Positions 45,205-54,504 of a stretch of DNA of 64,000 nt are shown piece by piece. The notes under the pieces were generated by a model. That model did no database searches. It saw only the letters and a program-made list of their open reading frames with translations, and was not told the origin of the DNA. A program made the position numbers and the translations under genes. Source of the DNA: Dehalococcoidia bacterium (lineage in GTDB: Bacteria > Chloroflexota > Dehalococcoidia > Lucifugimonadales > UBA3495); assembly GCA_034423115.1 (NCBI GenBank), contig DAOUJD010000064.1:9799-73798 (forward strand). The letters run 5' to 3'. Position 1 is the stretch's first letter, and every line of letters begins with the position of its first letter.

Positions 45205-46899
45205 CTAGCGCGTCACCGCTCCTTCGGACGCCGAGGACACCAACTTGGCGTACTTGGCCAGGACACCTGTGGTGTACTTGGGCTCCATGGGGCGCCAGGC
45301 AGCACGCCGGTCGGTCATCTCTTCTTCGCTGATGCGGGCGTCCAAGCGGCGGTTTGGGATGTCGAGGGTGATGATGTCGCCTTCGCGCAACAGGCCGATG
45401 GGCCCGCCGACCATTGCCTCGGGAGCGACGTGGCCGACCATGGGGCCGTGGGACGCGCCGGAGAAACGACCGTCGGTTACCAAAGCGACCGAATCACCGA
45501 GACCCTGACCGATGAGCGCGCTAGTAACGGCGAGCATTTCGCGCATGCCGGGGCCGCCCTTCGGGCCCTCGTAGCGGATGACGACGATATCTCCGTCCTT
45601 GATCTCGCCGCGCTGGATTGCCTGGAAGGCAGGCTCCTCCTGTTCGAACACTCGGGCTGGTCCTTCGTAGACCTTTTCCTGGTGGCCGGCGACCTTAATG
45701 ACGGCACCGTCGGGTGCGAGATTGCCGCGCAGGATGGCGAGGCCGCCAGTGGGGCTGCGCGGGGCATCGGTCGTATAAATCACCGGCTGGTCGTCGACGA
45801 TGGTGGCGGCGTTGATGTTCTCCGCGAGGGTCTTGCCGTTCACCGTCATCTCGTCGCCGTACAGCAGTCCGGCATCCAGCAATCGCTTGCCGATGAGGGC
45901 GACGCCGCCGTACTTACTGAGGTCGGCCATAACGTAGCGGCCACCCGGTTTCATGTCGGCGATATATGGGGTGTTGCGTCCGATGCGGTCAAAGTCCTCG
46001 AGGGTGAGGTCGACGTCAGCCTCGCGGGCGATGGCCATGAGGTGGAGGACCGCGTTGGTGGAGCCACCCATGGCTACGACCACGGTGATGGCGTTTTCAA
46101 ATGCGCGGCGCGTGAGGATGTCGCGGGGGCGGACGCCTTCTTCCAGCATTCGCATGACGGCTTCGCCGGCTTGGCGCGCTTCGTCTGCCTTCCTGGGATC
46201 GACGGCGGTGAGAGAAGCATCGCCTGGGAGGGACAAACCCATGACCTCGATGGCGGTGGACATTGTGTTGGCGGTGAACAAACCTCCACAGGCACCCTCG
46301 CCGGGGCAGGCTGCGCACTCCAAGTCAGTGAGTTCCGATTCAGTGATTCGTCCGGCAGCCCAGGCGCCAACAGCCTCGAAAACGTCCTGGATGTTGATAT
46401 CCTGACCGTTGTATTGGCCCGGCAGGATGCTGCCGCCGTAGACGAAAACGCTGGGGATATTGAGGCGGGCCATGGCCATCACGCAACCGGGCATGTTCTT
46501 GTCGCAGCCGCCCACAGTGACGAGGCCGTCCATTCGCTGTCCGAACGCGACGGTCTCGATGGAGTCAGCGATCACTTCCCGACTCACGAGGGATGCCTTC
46601 ATGCCCTCGGTGCCCATGGAGATACCGTCGCTGACGGTGATGGTGCCGAACTCGAAGGGTGTCCCGTTGGCCCCACGGATGCCCTCCTTGGCGGCGGCGG
46701 CCCAGCGGTCAAGGTGGACGTTGCAAGGGGTCACGTCGCTGGCAAGGTTGGCGATGGCGACGAATGGCTTGGACAGATCGTCGTCGGTGAGACCCATCGC
46801 CCTCAGGTACGAGCGAGCGGGGGCGCGGTTCGGCCCGTCGGTGATGTCGCTGCTGCGATGCTTGAATAAGGCGGTGGGGCTGCGAGTAATGGTGGTCAA
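45205..46899 (-). CDS. ilvD: dihydroxy-acid dehydratase
   Basis: GGCDKNMPG, full-length IlvD/Edd similarity, TTG start after GAGGAGG. Confidence 0.95.
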   Translation of the reverse strand: MTTITRSPTALFKHRSSDITDGPNRAPARSYLRAMGLTDDDLSKPFVAIANLASDVTPCNVHLDRWAAAAKEGIRGANGTPFEFGTITVSDGISMGTEGMKASLVSREVIADSIETVAFGQRMDGLVTVGGCDKNMPGCVMAMARLNIPSVFVYGGSILPGQYNGQDINIQDVFEAVGAWAAGRITESELTDLECAACPGEGACGGLFTANTMSTAIEVMGLSLPGDASLTAVDPRKADEARQAGEAVMRMLEEGVRPRDILTRRAFENAITVVVAMGGSTNAVLHLMAIAREADVDLTLEDFDRIGRNTPYIADMKPGGRYVMADLSKYGGVALIGKRLLDAGLLYGDEMTVNGKTLAENINAATIVDDQPVIYTTDAPRSPTGGLAILRGNLAPDGAVIKVAGHQEKVYEGPARVFEQEEPAFQAIQRGEIKDGDIVVIRYEGPKGGPGMREMLAVTSALIGQGLGDSVALVTDGRFSGASHGPMVGHVAPEAMVGGPIGLLREGDIITLDIPNRRLDARISEEEMTDRRAAWRPMEPKYTTGVLAKYAKLVSSASEGAVTR

Positions 46900-46994
46900 A
46901 AGGGCCTCCTCATGGTGAAACGGCGAAAATCAATAGCGTGGTGCGATTATAGGTTGGGCCCTCATAAGCGGCAAGCGAGTGTATTTGGCGTGAC

Positions 46995-47642
46995 CTAATA
47001 ATCGACTGGCGGCGCTTCGGCACCGGGCGGGAGCAATTGGTACTCGAGCACGGTATTTGATTTGGTCAGCGTCAGTTCGCCATGTTGATCAATGTCATAG
47101 GTAGATTCACGGGCGATCAGTGGAGCGCTTTCCACAATCTCCAGCCTTTGTACTTCCGTGTCCGTTGACCATTCGTAGATCAGACTTTCCCACCCGTGCA
47201 GGTTGCCACGCCCCTTGAATTCCGCGCCGGCGCGTTCGGCAAAGTCTGCCGTTTCCCACGCCTGGCTCAGCCAAGCCGTCAGCTTTTGGTGGCCGTAGGT
47301 CGTAGTCATGTCCATCGTTTCGGGGCCGTCGGGGAAGTGTAGGGTGGACACGGCAGTGGTGATGGTTCCATCGGGGTCGGCGCCCAACCACATTTCGGTT
47401 TCGAAATGCCCAGGGAGATTGCCGGACGGTTCGCTTTGGTACTGCTCGGTCTTGAACCATAACAATCTGCCGTCGGCTATGCCATCCCGCAAGATTGTTT
47501 GATGTTCCTCGGCATCGAGCGAGATGAGGTCCGCCACCGTTATGGCCGAGGGGTCGGCGCATGCCAACCGTGACGTGGTCAACAGGATGCCCGTGAGCAG
47601 CGCCCACCTCGCCGGGCCGACGCGATGGGCGCTAGGGGTCAC
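46995..47642 (-). CDS. hypothetical lipoprotein
   Basis: Lipobox TTSRLAC. The GTG start overlaps the upstream ADH stop (GTGA). No family recognised. Confidence 0.6.
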   Translation of the reverse strand: MTPSAHRVGPARWALLTGILLTTSRLACADPSAITVADLISLDAEEHQTILRDGIADGRLLWFKTEQYQSEPSGNLPGHFETEMWLGADPDGTITTAVSTLHFPDGPETMDMTTTYGHQKLTAWLSQAWETADFAERAGAEFKGRGNLHGWESLIYEWSTDTEVQRLEIVESAPLIARESTYDIDQHGELTLTKSNTVLEYQLLPPGAEAPPVDY

Positions 47643-48658
47643 AGTTCGACGACCATTTGCAGTTCATTGGTGGGACGGCACAGGGCTTCAAAGGCGCCCT
47701 GAATGCCGTCCAGGGGCACGAAGTTGGTGGCCGACAGCATGTGATCCACGGACACCCGGCCGGTTCGCATCAAGTCCAGTGCGATTTGCCAGTCCTCGGG
47801 CAGCGTGCCGAACGAGGACTGCATTCGGACTTCTCGGGCCATCCAGTTGGGCGGCATGACAGGTGTTGGTTCCCAGGCGATGGCGATCATGACGACCTGA
47901 CCGCCGCGGGCGCAGAGGTCCAGGCCCTGCTCCAAGGTGGACGGAGCGGCGGCGCACTCAAACACCACCTGAGGGCCGGCGCCGCCGGTCAACTCGACCA
48001 CCCGGGCCTCGAAATCGGAGTCGATGGGGTTCAGCACGGCGTCCGCACCCAACTGACGGGCGGCCTCGGCGCGGCCGGGTGCGGGCTCGGAGACGATTAC
48101 GGTGGTAGCGCCGGCGGCGCGAGCGGTCTGCATGCACAGGAGACCGATGGGGCCAGCGCCGAGGACCAGGACAGAGTCGCCCAGCTTGATGTCGGACAAT
48201 CGCACGGCGTGGACGGTGACGGCGCAGGGTTCACACAATGCGGCCTGTTCGTCGGTGACGTCGTCGGGAACGGGAGTAGGCTCCCACTCGTTGAGCAGGA
48301 CGTATTCGGCGTAACCGCGAGGTCGTGGGTTTTGCTGGAAACCCATGGTTCGGTAGTTGAACCTGGGATGGGTACGGGTGGCAGACCCGCCGCCGGGTGG
48401 GGGATGACCACCGCCGCCGACGACCCGATCACCCACGCGCCACCGACTCACGTCGGGACCCACGTCGACGATGGAGCCGGTGTATTCGTGGCCCATGACC
48501 GCGCCGGGTTGGGCCAGGTCGTACATGAAGGCGTGAACGTCGGTGCCACAGATTGCCGAATATTTGACGCGCATCACGACCTGGCTCGGGCCAGGCGTCG
48601 GATCGGGCAACTCCTCGACCTGCAAAACCTGCTCGCCCTTGTAAACCGCAGCCCTCAT
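47639..48658 (-). CDS. zinc-dependent MDR alcohol dehydrogenase
   Basis: CGTDVH, GHEYTGSIVDVG, Rossmann LGAGPIG. Confidence 0.9.
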   Translation of the reverse strand: MRAAVYKGEQVLQVEELPDPTPGPSQVVMRVKYSAICGTDVHAFMYDLAQPGAVMGHEYTGSIVDVGPDVSRWRVGDRVVGGGGHPPPGGGSATRTHPRFNYRTMGFQQNPRPRGYAEYVLLNEWEPTPVPDDVTDEQAALCEPCAVTVHAVRLSDIKLGDSVLVLGAGPIGLLCMQTARAAGATTVIVSEPAPGRAEAARQLGADAVLNPIDSDFEARVVELTGGAGPQVVFECAAAPSTLEQGLDLCARGGQVVMIAIAWEPTPVMPPNWMAREVRMQSSFGTLPEDWQIALDLMRTGRVSVDHMLSATNFVPLDGIQGAFEALCRPTNELQMVVEL

Positions 48659-48852
48659 GGCGTTGTCCCTCCGAATTCAGATGATGGCGCAAGAATAGCA
48701 CAGAGCCTTACGGGAGAGCCGGGGCGACGCGTTCACATCAGCGGGAGGTCGGTGGAAAAGGTGGGTGGTTATGTGTGGCCATAAATCCGGTATGGCGCGT
48801 GCATGTCGGCGGACTTCCGGTATGTGTCGCTCGGGGTCGAGGTCGGGAGCTA

Positions 48853-48888
48853 CAAGGAAAACCCCCGACTGGAAATCCTGCCGGGGGT
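48853..48888 (-). terminator. possible intrinsic terminator after the family-5 binding-protein gene
   Basis: On the minus strand ACCCCCG(14-nt loop)CGGGGGT followed by TTTCCTT. It starts about 47 nt after the stop at 48935. Confidence 0.4.
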
Positions 48889-48934
48889 TGGATACGGTCG
48901 TCAGGATTGAATCGCGCCTGAAGCCAGATTTCAC

Positions 48935-50827
48935 CTACTGGCGCGGTTCGATCCACTCGTAGCCGTTTATGTTGCGGATGTCGCCGTAGAACAGATTTTC
49001 GCTCCACGATTTGTCATCAATGTTGGGTCCCACTGCCCACACCGCACTCCACATATACAGGGAGGCGTAGATGGACTCGTCGTACATGAACATGCCCGTC
49101 TCGGTCTCCAGCTTGGTGCGCTCTTCCAGGGTGACGGCGCTCTGGGCGCGGATGGTGATGTCGTCCAGGAAGGGGTGGGTATGCCTGACGAAGCTGCCCC
49201 GATTCTGCAGGGCGTTGTACAGGCGGGCCGGGGTATTGGAAGGCGAGGTTGCGTGGTTGGTGGCCCCGTTGAAGGTACGCCCGATCACCGTGGGCCGGTA
49301 GGTGCCGTAGGGCAGATTCTGCAACTTCACGTCGATCCCGATGTCTTCCCACATGACGGCGATGGCCTCGGCCACTTCAACCTCAGCGGGGGCGCCGCGG
49401 AGCGCGGGAACCAGCGTAATGCTGAATCCTTCTTCACCGTAGCCGGTCTCGGCCATCAAAGCCTTGGCTCCCTCCAGGTCATATTCCAGCATCGGGATGT
49501 CGGGGAACCGGTGCGCCGAGTAGCTGTAGCCGCCAACGCCCACGGGTGACCGCATGGCGTAGCCCTGCAAAAGGGTCTCCACGATGGTCTGCGTGTCGAT
49601 GGCTTTCACCATGGCCTGGCGCACTTTCTTGGCCTGCTCCCACTCCGGCGAGCCAATTTCCGTATTGGACGAAACCCAGGGCAGGTCAGGGTCATAAGCG
49701 GCCTCCTGGTCGGAAGTGCCCACGTTGAAGTACAGCCCGCCGTGGAAGTGCAGCAGCATTTCGCCGGCCGCCTGGTCGGGCACTATCATCAGCTTGGCCC
49801 CTTCCATCGCCTGGACCAGTGGGATGGAGTCGAAGGCCATCACGAAGGTATCCAGATTTCCGGTTTGGAACCCGGCCAGCCTGGTGGATTGCTCGGGGAT
49901 TTCCTGGAATTCCAACTCGGCGAAGAAGGGAGTCTGGCGCCAGTGGTCCTGGACCGCCTTCATCCGCCAGAATTGGGCGGGGCGATGATCAACGATTTCC
50001 CACGGACCGGTGGCAGCGATGTCCTTATCCGCAGCTTCGATCCCAATTTCATCCGACTGCTTCTTGCTGACCACCCAAGTGGCGATTCCCGATGGGACCC
50101 GGTGGAACTCGGACATGATCACGTCGGGCATAGGGTCGCCGGTGTTGACCATGAGGGTGTGGCTGTCCACAATCTCGATGCTGCCCTCGGGGTGGTCCCA
50201 GAACCGTTGGAGGGCACTGGCCCGGGCGTGCTTGGTGTTGGTGATCCAATGGGAATAGGAATACACCACGTCTTCGGCAGTCATTTCACCGTATCCCTTG
50301 TGGAATTGCACACCCTTGCGGAGATTGAAAGTCCAGGTAGCAAAGTCGTCGGAGATGCTCCAGGACTCGGTCAGCAACGGTTCCGCCACCAGGTTGCTGT
50401 TCCACTGCATCAGGCCTTCCACGACGGGGGCCGTGGATATGACGAACAGTTGGGGGTTGACCGAATGGGCGGGGTGCCCGCTGAAGATGTTGATCTCCTC
50501 TTGGCCCATGGTGATTTTGCCCGCCGGTTCCATAGCCATCTGCGGCGCCGCCTCGGTGGCGGACGGCATTGCCGTCGGCGCTACCTGAGGCTGAGACTGC
50601 TGGGCCTGTTGAGCCGGCTGGGCGGGCTGCGCAGCCGATCCGGTGGACCCACTGGCGGGTTGCTGTGGGGCCTGCTGCTGGGCGGCCATGGCGGTGGGCG
50701 CGGCGGGCGCCGCTTGCCCAGCATCCTCAGCCGGAGCGGCGCCCCCACAGGCGACTATGACCGTCACAGCTAACGCCGTCAGGGCCAGTGCCCCGAGGCT
50801 TCCTTTGAAAACCTGAATACGGTACAT
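48935..50827 (-). CDS. ABC transporter family-5 (peptide/nickel, DppA/OppA-like) substrate-binding lipoprotein
   Basis: Start at Met17, preceded by GGAGGT. Lipobox VIVAC, a long A/Q/P-rich tether, then a family-5 SBP body. Confidence 0.85.
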   Translation of the reverse strand: MYRIQVFKGSLGALALTALAVTVIVACGGAAPAEDAGQAAPAAPTAMAAQQQAPQQPASGSTGSAAQPAQPAQQAQQSQPQVAPTAMPSATEAAPQMAMEPAGKITMGQEEINIFSGHPAHSVNPQLFVISTAPVVEGLMQWNSNLVAEPLLTESWSISDDFATWTFNLRKGVQFHKGYGEMTAEDVVYSYSHWITNTKHARASALQRFWDHPEGSIEIVDSHTLMVNTGDPMPDVIMSEFHRVPSGIATWVVSKKQSDEIGIEAADKDIAATGPWEIVDHRPAQFWRMKAVQDHWRQTPFFAELEFQEIPEQSTRLAGFQTGNLDTFVMAFDSIPLVQAMEGAKLMIVPDQAAGEMLLHFHGGLYFNVGTSDQEAAYDPDLPWVSSNTEIGSPEWEQAKKVRQAMVKAIDTQTIVETLLQGYAMRSPVGVGGYSYSAHRFPDIPMLEYDLEGAKALMAETGYGEEGFSITLVPALRGAPAEVEVAEAIAVMWEDIGIDVKLQNLPYGTYRPTVIGRTFNGATNHATSPSNTPARLYNALQNRGSFVRHTHPFLDDITIRAQSAVTLEERTKLETETGMFMYDESIYASLYMWSAVWAVGPNIDDKSWSENLFYGDIRNINGYEWIEPRQ

Positions 50828-51193
50828 ATCCCTTACCTCCGGAAAAAGTTGGCGGTTTAGTGTTCCGTCGAACACCCTGGATGAGGTTTAGGCGCAGGGG
50901 ACGGATTTGGGAAAATCGACGACTAACCGGTTGCTCAACCCCGCGGTTGCCGCTCCGTGCGAGTGGCCGTGTCATCGGTAGCGTGACCCGGTGTTTCCGA
51001 GCGGTCGCCGAACCAAATTCAAGATTGGCGGCCTTGTGTCCCGAGGATTACCGCGAGAGGGGCGTCGAACTCCGATTAGCGGGAACGGCACCTAAGCGGA
51101 TTTCAACTTTGTTGCGCTACCATATCACGGTGTTTAGCAAGTGTATAGGCAGATATTTATAATTATCGTCGCAAGAGAATATTATTGGGACGT

Positions 51194-51203
51194 ATTACGT
51201 AAT
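51194..51203. other. perfect 10-bp palindrome ATTACGTAAT inside an AT-rich core; possible operator
   Basis: Read directly. It sits in the most AT-rich segment of the window (about 51150-51210), at the backbone/island boundary. Function is speculative. Confidence 0.25.
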
Positions 51204-51662
51204 CCCGAATCATCCTAGTGACTGGGTCGCATGCCTGCGCGCCCACACAGTGGAATGAAGCGGCACTTTCGCGGCGTCACACCGAACGATGGGGCGCAGG
51301 TTGGGTAGGCCGAGGTTTATTGGCGAAGTCCCGCTCAGCGGGATTGCCGAACTGAGGGGCGAGCGGCGGTCGCCGTCAGACTTCGCGAAACAGATGGCGT
51401 TATGACGGGTGCAGGGGGCGGTACTCGAACCAGCCAGGTTACGGCGTGATGGAACCGTTGCGGTTGCCGACGTTAGACCGTCCGTCTGACCCTATGGGGA
51501 CGCCTGAACCTTTCGGGCAACTTGGTCAAGGGCCTGGCCGGTGGCTACGCCATTCCCGACTCGAGTGAGGCGAAGGAACGGTTGCCGGATTCGGCGATTC
51601 GGTTGGCGGCGAGTGAGGATGCGGTAGTTGCGACGGTTGGGGTGGCGGTGCGCTATGGCGCT

Positions 51663-51682
51663 ACCATTGGACGTACATGGGC
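51663..51682 (+). repeat. direct repeat copy A (ACCATTGGACGTACATGGGC)
   Basis: Identical 20-mer at 56409-56428. 5 of the next 7 nt also match. Confidence 0.9.
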
Positions 51683-51896
51683 ATCGACGAACCTTTCTGC
51701 TTACAACTGGAACTACGAGATGGCCTTCCGGCTCTGGTGAAGGATCGGCGATGGCTTTACCACAGGTCGAGCGCGGTGGGTCCTCTATGCGAACCGGCGG
51801 TTGGTCCACCGCGAACAGGTTCTGGCACCTGCCAGACTGCACTGGTGAAGGTCCAGTCACCCATGCGATGCCTGATCAATCTGTTACTTATCACCT

Positions 51897-52871
51897 TCAC
51901 GCGCAGCGGCAGGGATGCGGAATATCTTCCGCTGGTATTTCATCGGGCGGATTCGCTCCGGGCACGAATCCAGAGCATTGTGAGCACCATGTCGCGGGGT
52001 CGACAAGCCAGCAAATCGCGCCAATCTCTTGCCGCTGTTCCATTAACACTTCGAACTTCTCCATGTCATCCCAACTCGGCGTTCCTTGGAGTATCAGGGC
52101 CCCTGTGGCTTGCATTAGGGATAGCAGGGTTTTGTCTATTGCGCCCGTCAATCCTTGGTTGCTTGGACCTGTGAGAAGTACCTCGTTTCCTCTGTTGTCA
52201 AAGACGGGGTGTCCTGTATTCGATGAGGCGTGTGTTTTTTGGCTCGCAAAGCGGAAATACGGGCGTGGCTTCCAAGCATATGACGAGAAAGCAGACTCTT
52301 CAATCGCGGCGAAAGTGTCATGTCCGCTCCAACTGTACTCAGTGAAGCGACGCTTGCTCTTAAAGCCGTGCGTTTGTCTGACTGCTGCTTCGTAGTCGGT
52401 GGCACGTTGATGCAGTTCGGCCAGTTCACTTTTCGATGGCGCTTCGGAGTGCCCCTCGGGGATCGACTTGGCTAGGTTGTATTTTTCGTAGACTGCGCTC
52501 TGTCCGTATAGCACCGCGGTCTCAGGGTGCTCCGATATAAACATGATTATCGTTGCCAGTTCGTGGCAGGTTCGCCATTCGGCAATGGCTTCTTCGCCAA
52601 GTCCAGAGAATGCCAGGGTGTTAACAGCGCGTGCCTGCCTGCATATTCGGGCGTGCAACATTCGCATGACACCCGCCACTTCTGGCGCCATACCCTTGAA
52701 ACACTCGGCGTCAGGGTTGACTCCGAACGATTCGGCCAGCGAAATGGTGTCGGCCATTGCTTCCAATAATTCTCCCCAGTGAGCATCGAATTGTCGCCAG
52801 AAACGCTCATGCACATCAGGGAAAATTTTGGGGCGTGGGTCGCGTTTCTTGCGACGATTGCTCATTGGCAT
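51897..52871 (-). CDS. hypothetical helical protein, DUF5677-like core with C-terminal Cys4 tail
   Basis: Trimmed to Met69 so it no longer overlaps the upstream gene. LHARICRQARAVNTLAFSGLGEEAIAEWRTCHELATIIMFI and PYFRFASQKTHAS recall DUF5677 (recollection only). The tail is WCSQCSG...HPCRCA. Confidence 0.45.
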   Translation of the reverse strand: MPMSNRRKKRDPRPKIFPDVHERFWRQFDAHWGELLEAMADTISLAESFGVNPDAECFKGMAPEVAGVMRMLHARICRQARAVNTLAFSGLGEEAIAEWRTCHELATIIMFISEHPETAVLYGQSAVYEKYNLAKSIPEGHSEAPSKSELAELHQRATDYEAAVRQTHGFKSKRRFTEYSWSGHDTFAAIEESAFSSYAWKPRPYFRFASQKTHASSNTGHPVFDNRGNEVLLTGPSNQGLTGAIDKTLLSLMQATGALILQGTPSWDDMEKFEVLMEQRQEIGAICWLVDPATWCSQCSGFVPGANPPDEIPAEDIPHPCRCA

Positions 52872-52942
52872 TGATGGTGTCTCCGCGTAGTGCGTCACCT
52901 CTTTGTCAACCAGAGATGTGCTTGGATGCAAATTATCTCGGT

Positions 52943-53344
52943 TTATTCCGAGCCAGTGAGAACCTCCAATGGCTTGGGCAAGGATTTGATCGCTGGAGCC
53001 AGATGTTCGGATGCGTGATGGATTGAAACGCCAATCGGGCACCGGAATCCGTCCAAGGCGTGGTCGATTTCCCAATATCCCACAAAGTCGCCGGAGTGGG
53101 ATACCAACGCGGGGTCGTCGATGGTCTCCCCTATCGTCAGGGTGTCGTTGATGGGGTCATACCCCTTTTGCAAGGAGAGGAAGACGGAGGCACCGATGAT
53201 TGTGAGAGCCGCAATGTCCTGTCCGTCGTCGTCGGTCAGATGAAGGACGGTGCCGGGATGGCGCATGAGCTCGTCGCCGACCACAAGGGGTCGCCCGTCT
53301 GACATGTGAAGAACGTCGTCTTTGATGTCGTAAGTCGTTTTCAT
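52943..53344 (-). CDS. tandem double DUF2283-domain protein (putative antitoxin)
   Basis: MKTTYDIKDDVLHMS...DIAALTIIGAS and YDPINDTLTIG...CPIGVSIHHASEHL are two DUF2283-like units. The ATG overlaps the upstream stop. Confidence 0.65.
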   Translation of the reverse strand: MKTTYDIKDDVLHMSDGRPLVVGDELMRHPGTVLHLTDDDGQDIAALTIIGASVFLSLQKGYDPINDTLTIGETIDDPALVSHSGDFVGYWEIDHALDGFRCPIGVSIHHASEHLAPAIKSLPKPLEVLTGSE

Positions 53345-53754
53345 TTCTGTTCCTCCAAATCCCTACACCGTTGTTCAAAGTAGGAACGCGAGCCTCGATT
53401 CCAGTGGGTGGTCGCGGTCCGGTCGGGATATGCTGCCACCACTCTATCGCCGTCTGATGATACGGCCACGCGAATCATTCTATCCGATCCTCTGACGAAT
53501 CCCCAATGCGTCTGGGTACGACTGCCGCGGGAGTCGATGCAGTCACCTCTGATGGACCAATTGTCGAGGACACTTCTGATTTTAGCAGCGGTAATGCCGG
53601 GGTGGGTATCGTTCCTCACGTGGTCTGTAACGGTGAAAGTTCGTCCGCCGGCTGTGATGGTTTTCGGCAGGCGCCTGGAACCGCAGCTTGGACAATTGTT
53701 GCGTTGGCTCGGAGTCTGTTTGCGCCGGCAGTTGGCGCCGCAACGATGGCTCAT
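53341..53754 (-). CDS. zinc-ribbon plus DUF4258-like protein (putative toxin)
   Basis: N-terminal CGANC..CPSCG. The core FTVTDHVRNDTHPGITAAKIRSVLDN...RMIRVAVSSDGDRVVAAYPDR resembles DUF4258, and its pairing with DUF2283 supports the call. Confidence 0.5.
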   Translation of the reverse strand: MSHRCGANCRRKQTPSQRNNCPSCGSRRLPKTITAGGRTFTVTDHVRNDTHPGITAAKIRSVLDNWSIRGDCIDSRGSRTQTHWGFVRGSDRMIRVAVSSDGDRVVAAYPDRTATTHWNRGSRSYFEQRCRDLEEQK

Positions 53755-53974
53755 GTTCTATGGGTTCCTTTCGTGCTGCTGCTGAAGCATCAGCAGATGA
53801 GATTTGGCGACGGTAAGAGAGGGGCCCGTAGAACAATTGTACCCGATGCTGTGAGTGGTAGTTGATGCGCGCAGATACGCTGTGGGGTCTTGGCGATGTG
53901 AGTAGGCGTAACGGTCCTGCTGGTTGAGTAAGAGCGAGGTGCTGTTATGGTCCCCAATGGAGAGGACGGACAAT

Positions 53975-54016
53975 ATGAAGCCCTGCTCGAGGCGCTGTCC
54001 TCAAGCAGGGCTTCAT
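53975..54016 (-). terminator. 13-bp perfect hairpin 20 nt downstream of the membrane-protein stop
   Basis: ATGAAGCCCTGCT (53975-53987) pairs with AGCAGGGCTTCAT (54004-54016) around a 16-nt loop. No U-tract. Confidence 0.4.
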
Positions 54017-54035
54017 CGAGTTGTAGAACGCGCGG

Positions 54036-54422
54036 TTATGCGAGATATCGGCGAGCCCGTTTTGCGCCGCTCCTACTCCCTCTCCAGACCAGGAGGGCGA
54101 TGATCCAGAGACCGGCGGCGGCGATGGCGACCGCGGAGGCGATAGCCCACCCATCCACCCAGGCCGGGACGACGCCCATCGTGTGGTATAGCACAGTGCT
54201 GACGATGGCGCCTGTGCCCGCTACAGGAAGGGAAGCCTCGGAGAGGGTTTGACGCCATCGAGGCCATGACCACACGGCCACCCAGCGGGAGGCGATACTG
54301 GCATAGCAGCGACGCCAGACCGCCGGCGCCCAGCGGTGGATGACTCTCCATATGCTCTGCGCATGTTCGGCTGCCGTCCAGATGATGCGGACAATAAGTT
54401 GGGCGATTATCTCCTCAATCAT
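54036..54422 (-). CDS. hypothetical membrane protein (Trp/Arg-rich N-terminal half, two C-terminal TM helices)
   Basis: Track ORF 54036..54707 trimmed to Met96, because upstream codons lie inside the IS element. The ATG is only 2 nt from the IS end, so the native 5' end may be lost. Confidence 0.45.
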   Translation of the reverse strand: MIEEIIAQLIVRIIWTAAEHAQSIWRVIHRWAPAVWRRCYASIASRWVAVWSWPRWRQTLSEASLPVAGTGAIVSTVLYHTMGVVPAWVDGWAIASAVAIAAAGLWIIALLVWRGSRSGAKRARRYLA

Positions 54423-54423
54423 A

Positions 54424-54445
54424 AAACATGAGTCATCCCGGATTT
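54424..54445. repeat. IS left inverted repeat AAACATGAGTCATCCCGGATTT
   Basis: The reverse complement of 55869-55890 differs at one position. Confidence 0.85.
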
Positions 54446-54504
54446 TAGAAAATGGGGAAACTGTCGCTGTAAGGGGCTGATCAGAGAAGCCCTCTTCTGG
54501 TGAA

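Noticed and set aside
45121-46869. 582-aa plus-strand ORF antisense to ilvD. The same applies to similar long antisense ORFs at 4541-5611, 7077-8303, 34490-35587, 43024-43998, 47657-48784 and 49742-50773.
   Set aside because: These are Gly/Arg/Asp/His-rich translations with no motifs. Each is fully shadowed by a strongly supported gene on the other strand, which is a typical open-frame artefact of high-GC DNA.
51040-51090. tRNA-like T-arm (GGGGCGTCGAACTCCG) that could mark a tRNA integration site.
   Set aside because: The flanking bases do not form a T-stem, and no acceptor or anticodon arms can be drawn, so this is not a tRNA or tRNA fragment.
51480-51760. Group II intron or other ribozyme fragment (ACGTAC-containing segment; GTGCG motifs near 56630).
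   Set aside because: I could not build a domain V-like helix with an AGC triad. There is no intron-encoded RT/maturase and no recognisable 5' GUGYG to 3' AY boundaries.
51628-52395. 255-aa plus-strand ORF.
   Set aside because: It is antisense to the better-supported DUF5677-like gene, and its translation is Ser/Cys/Pro-rich without motifs.
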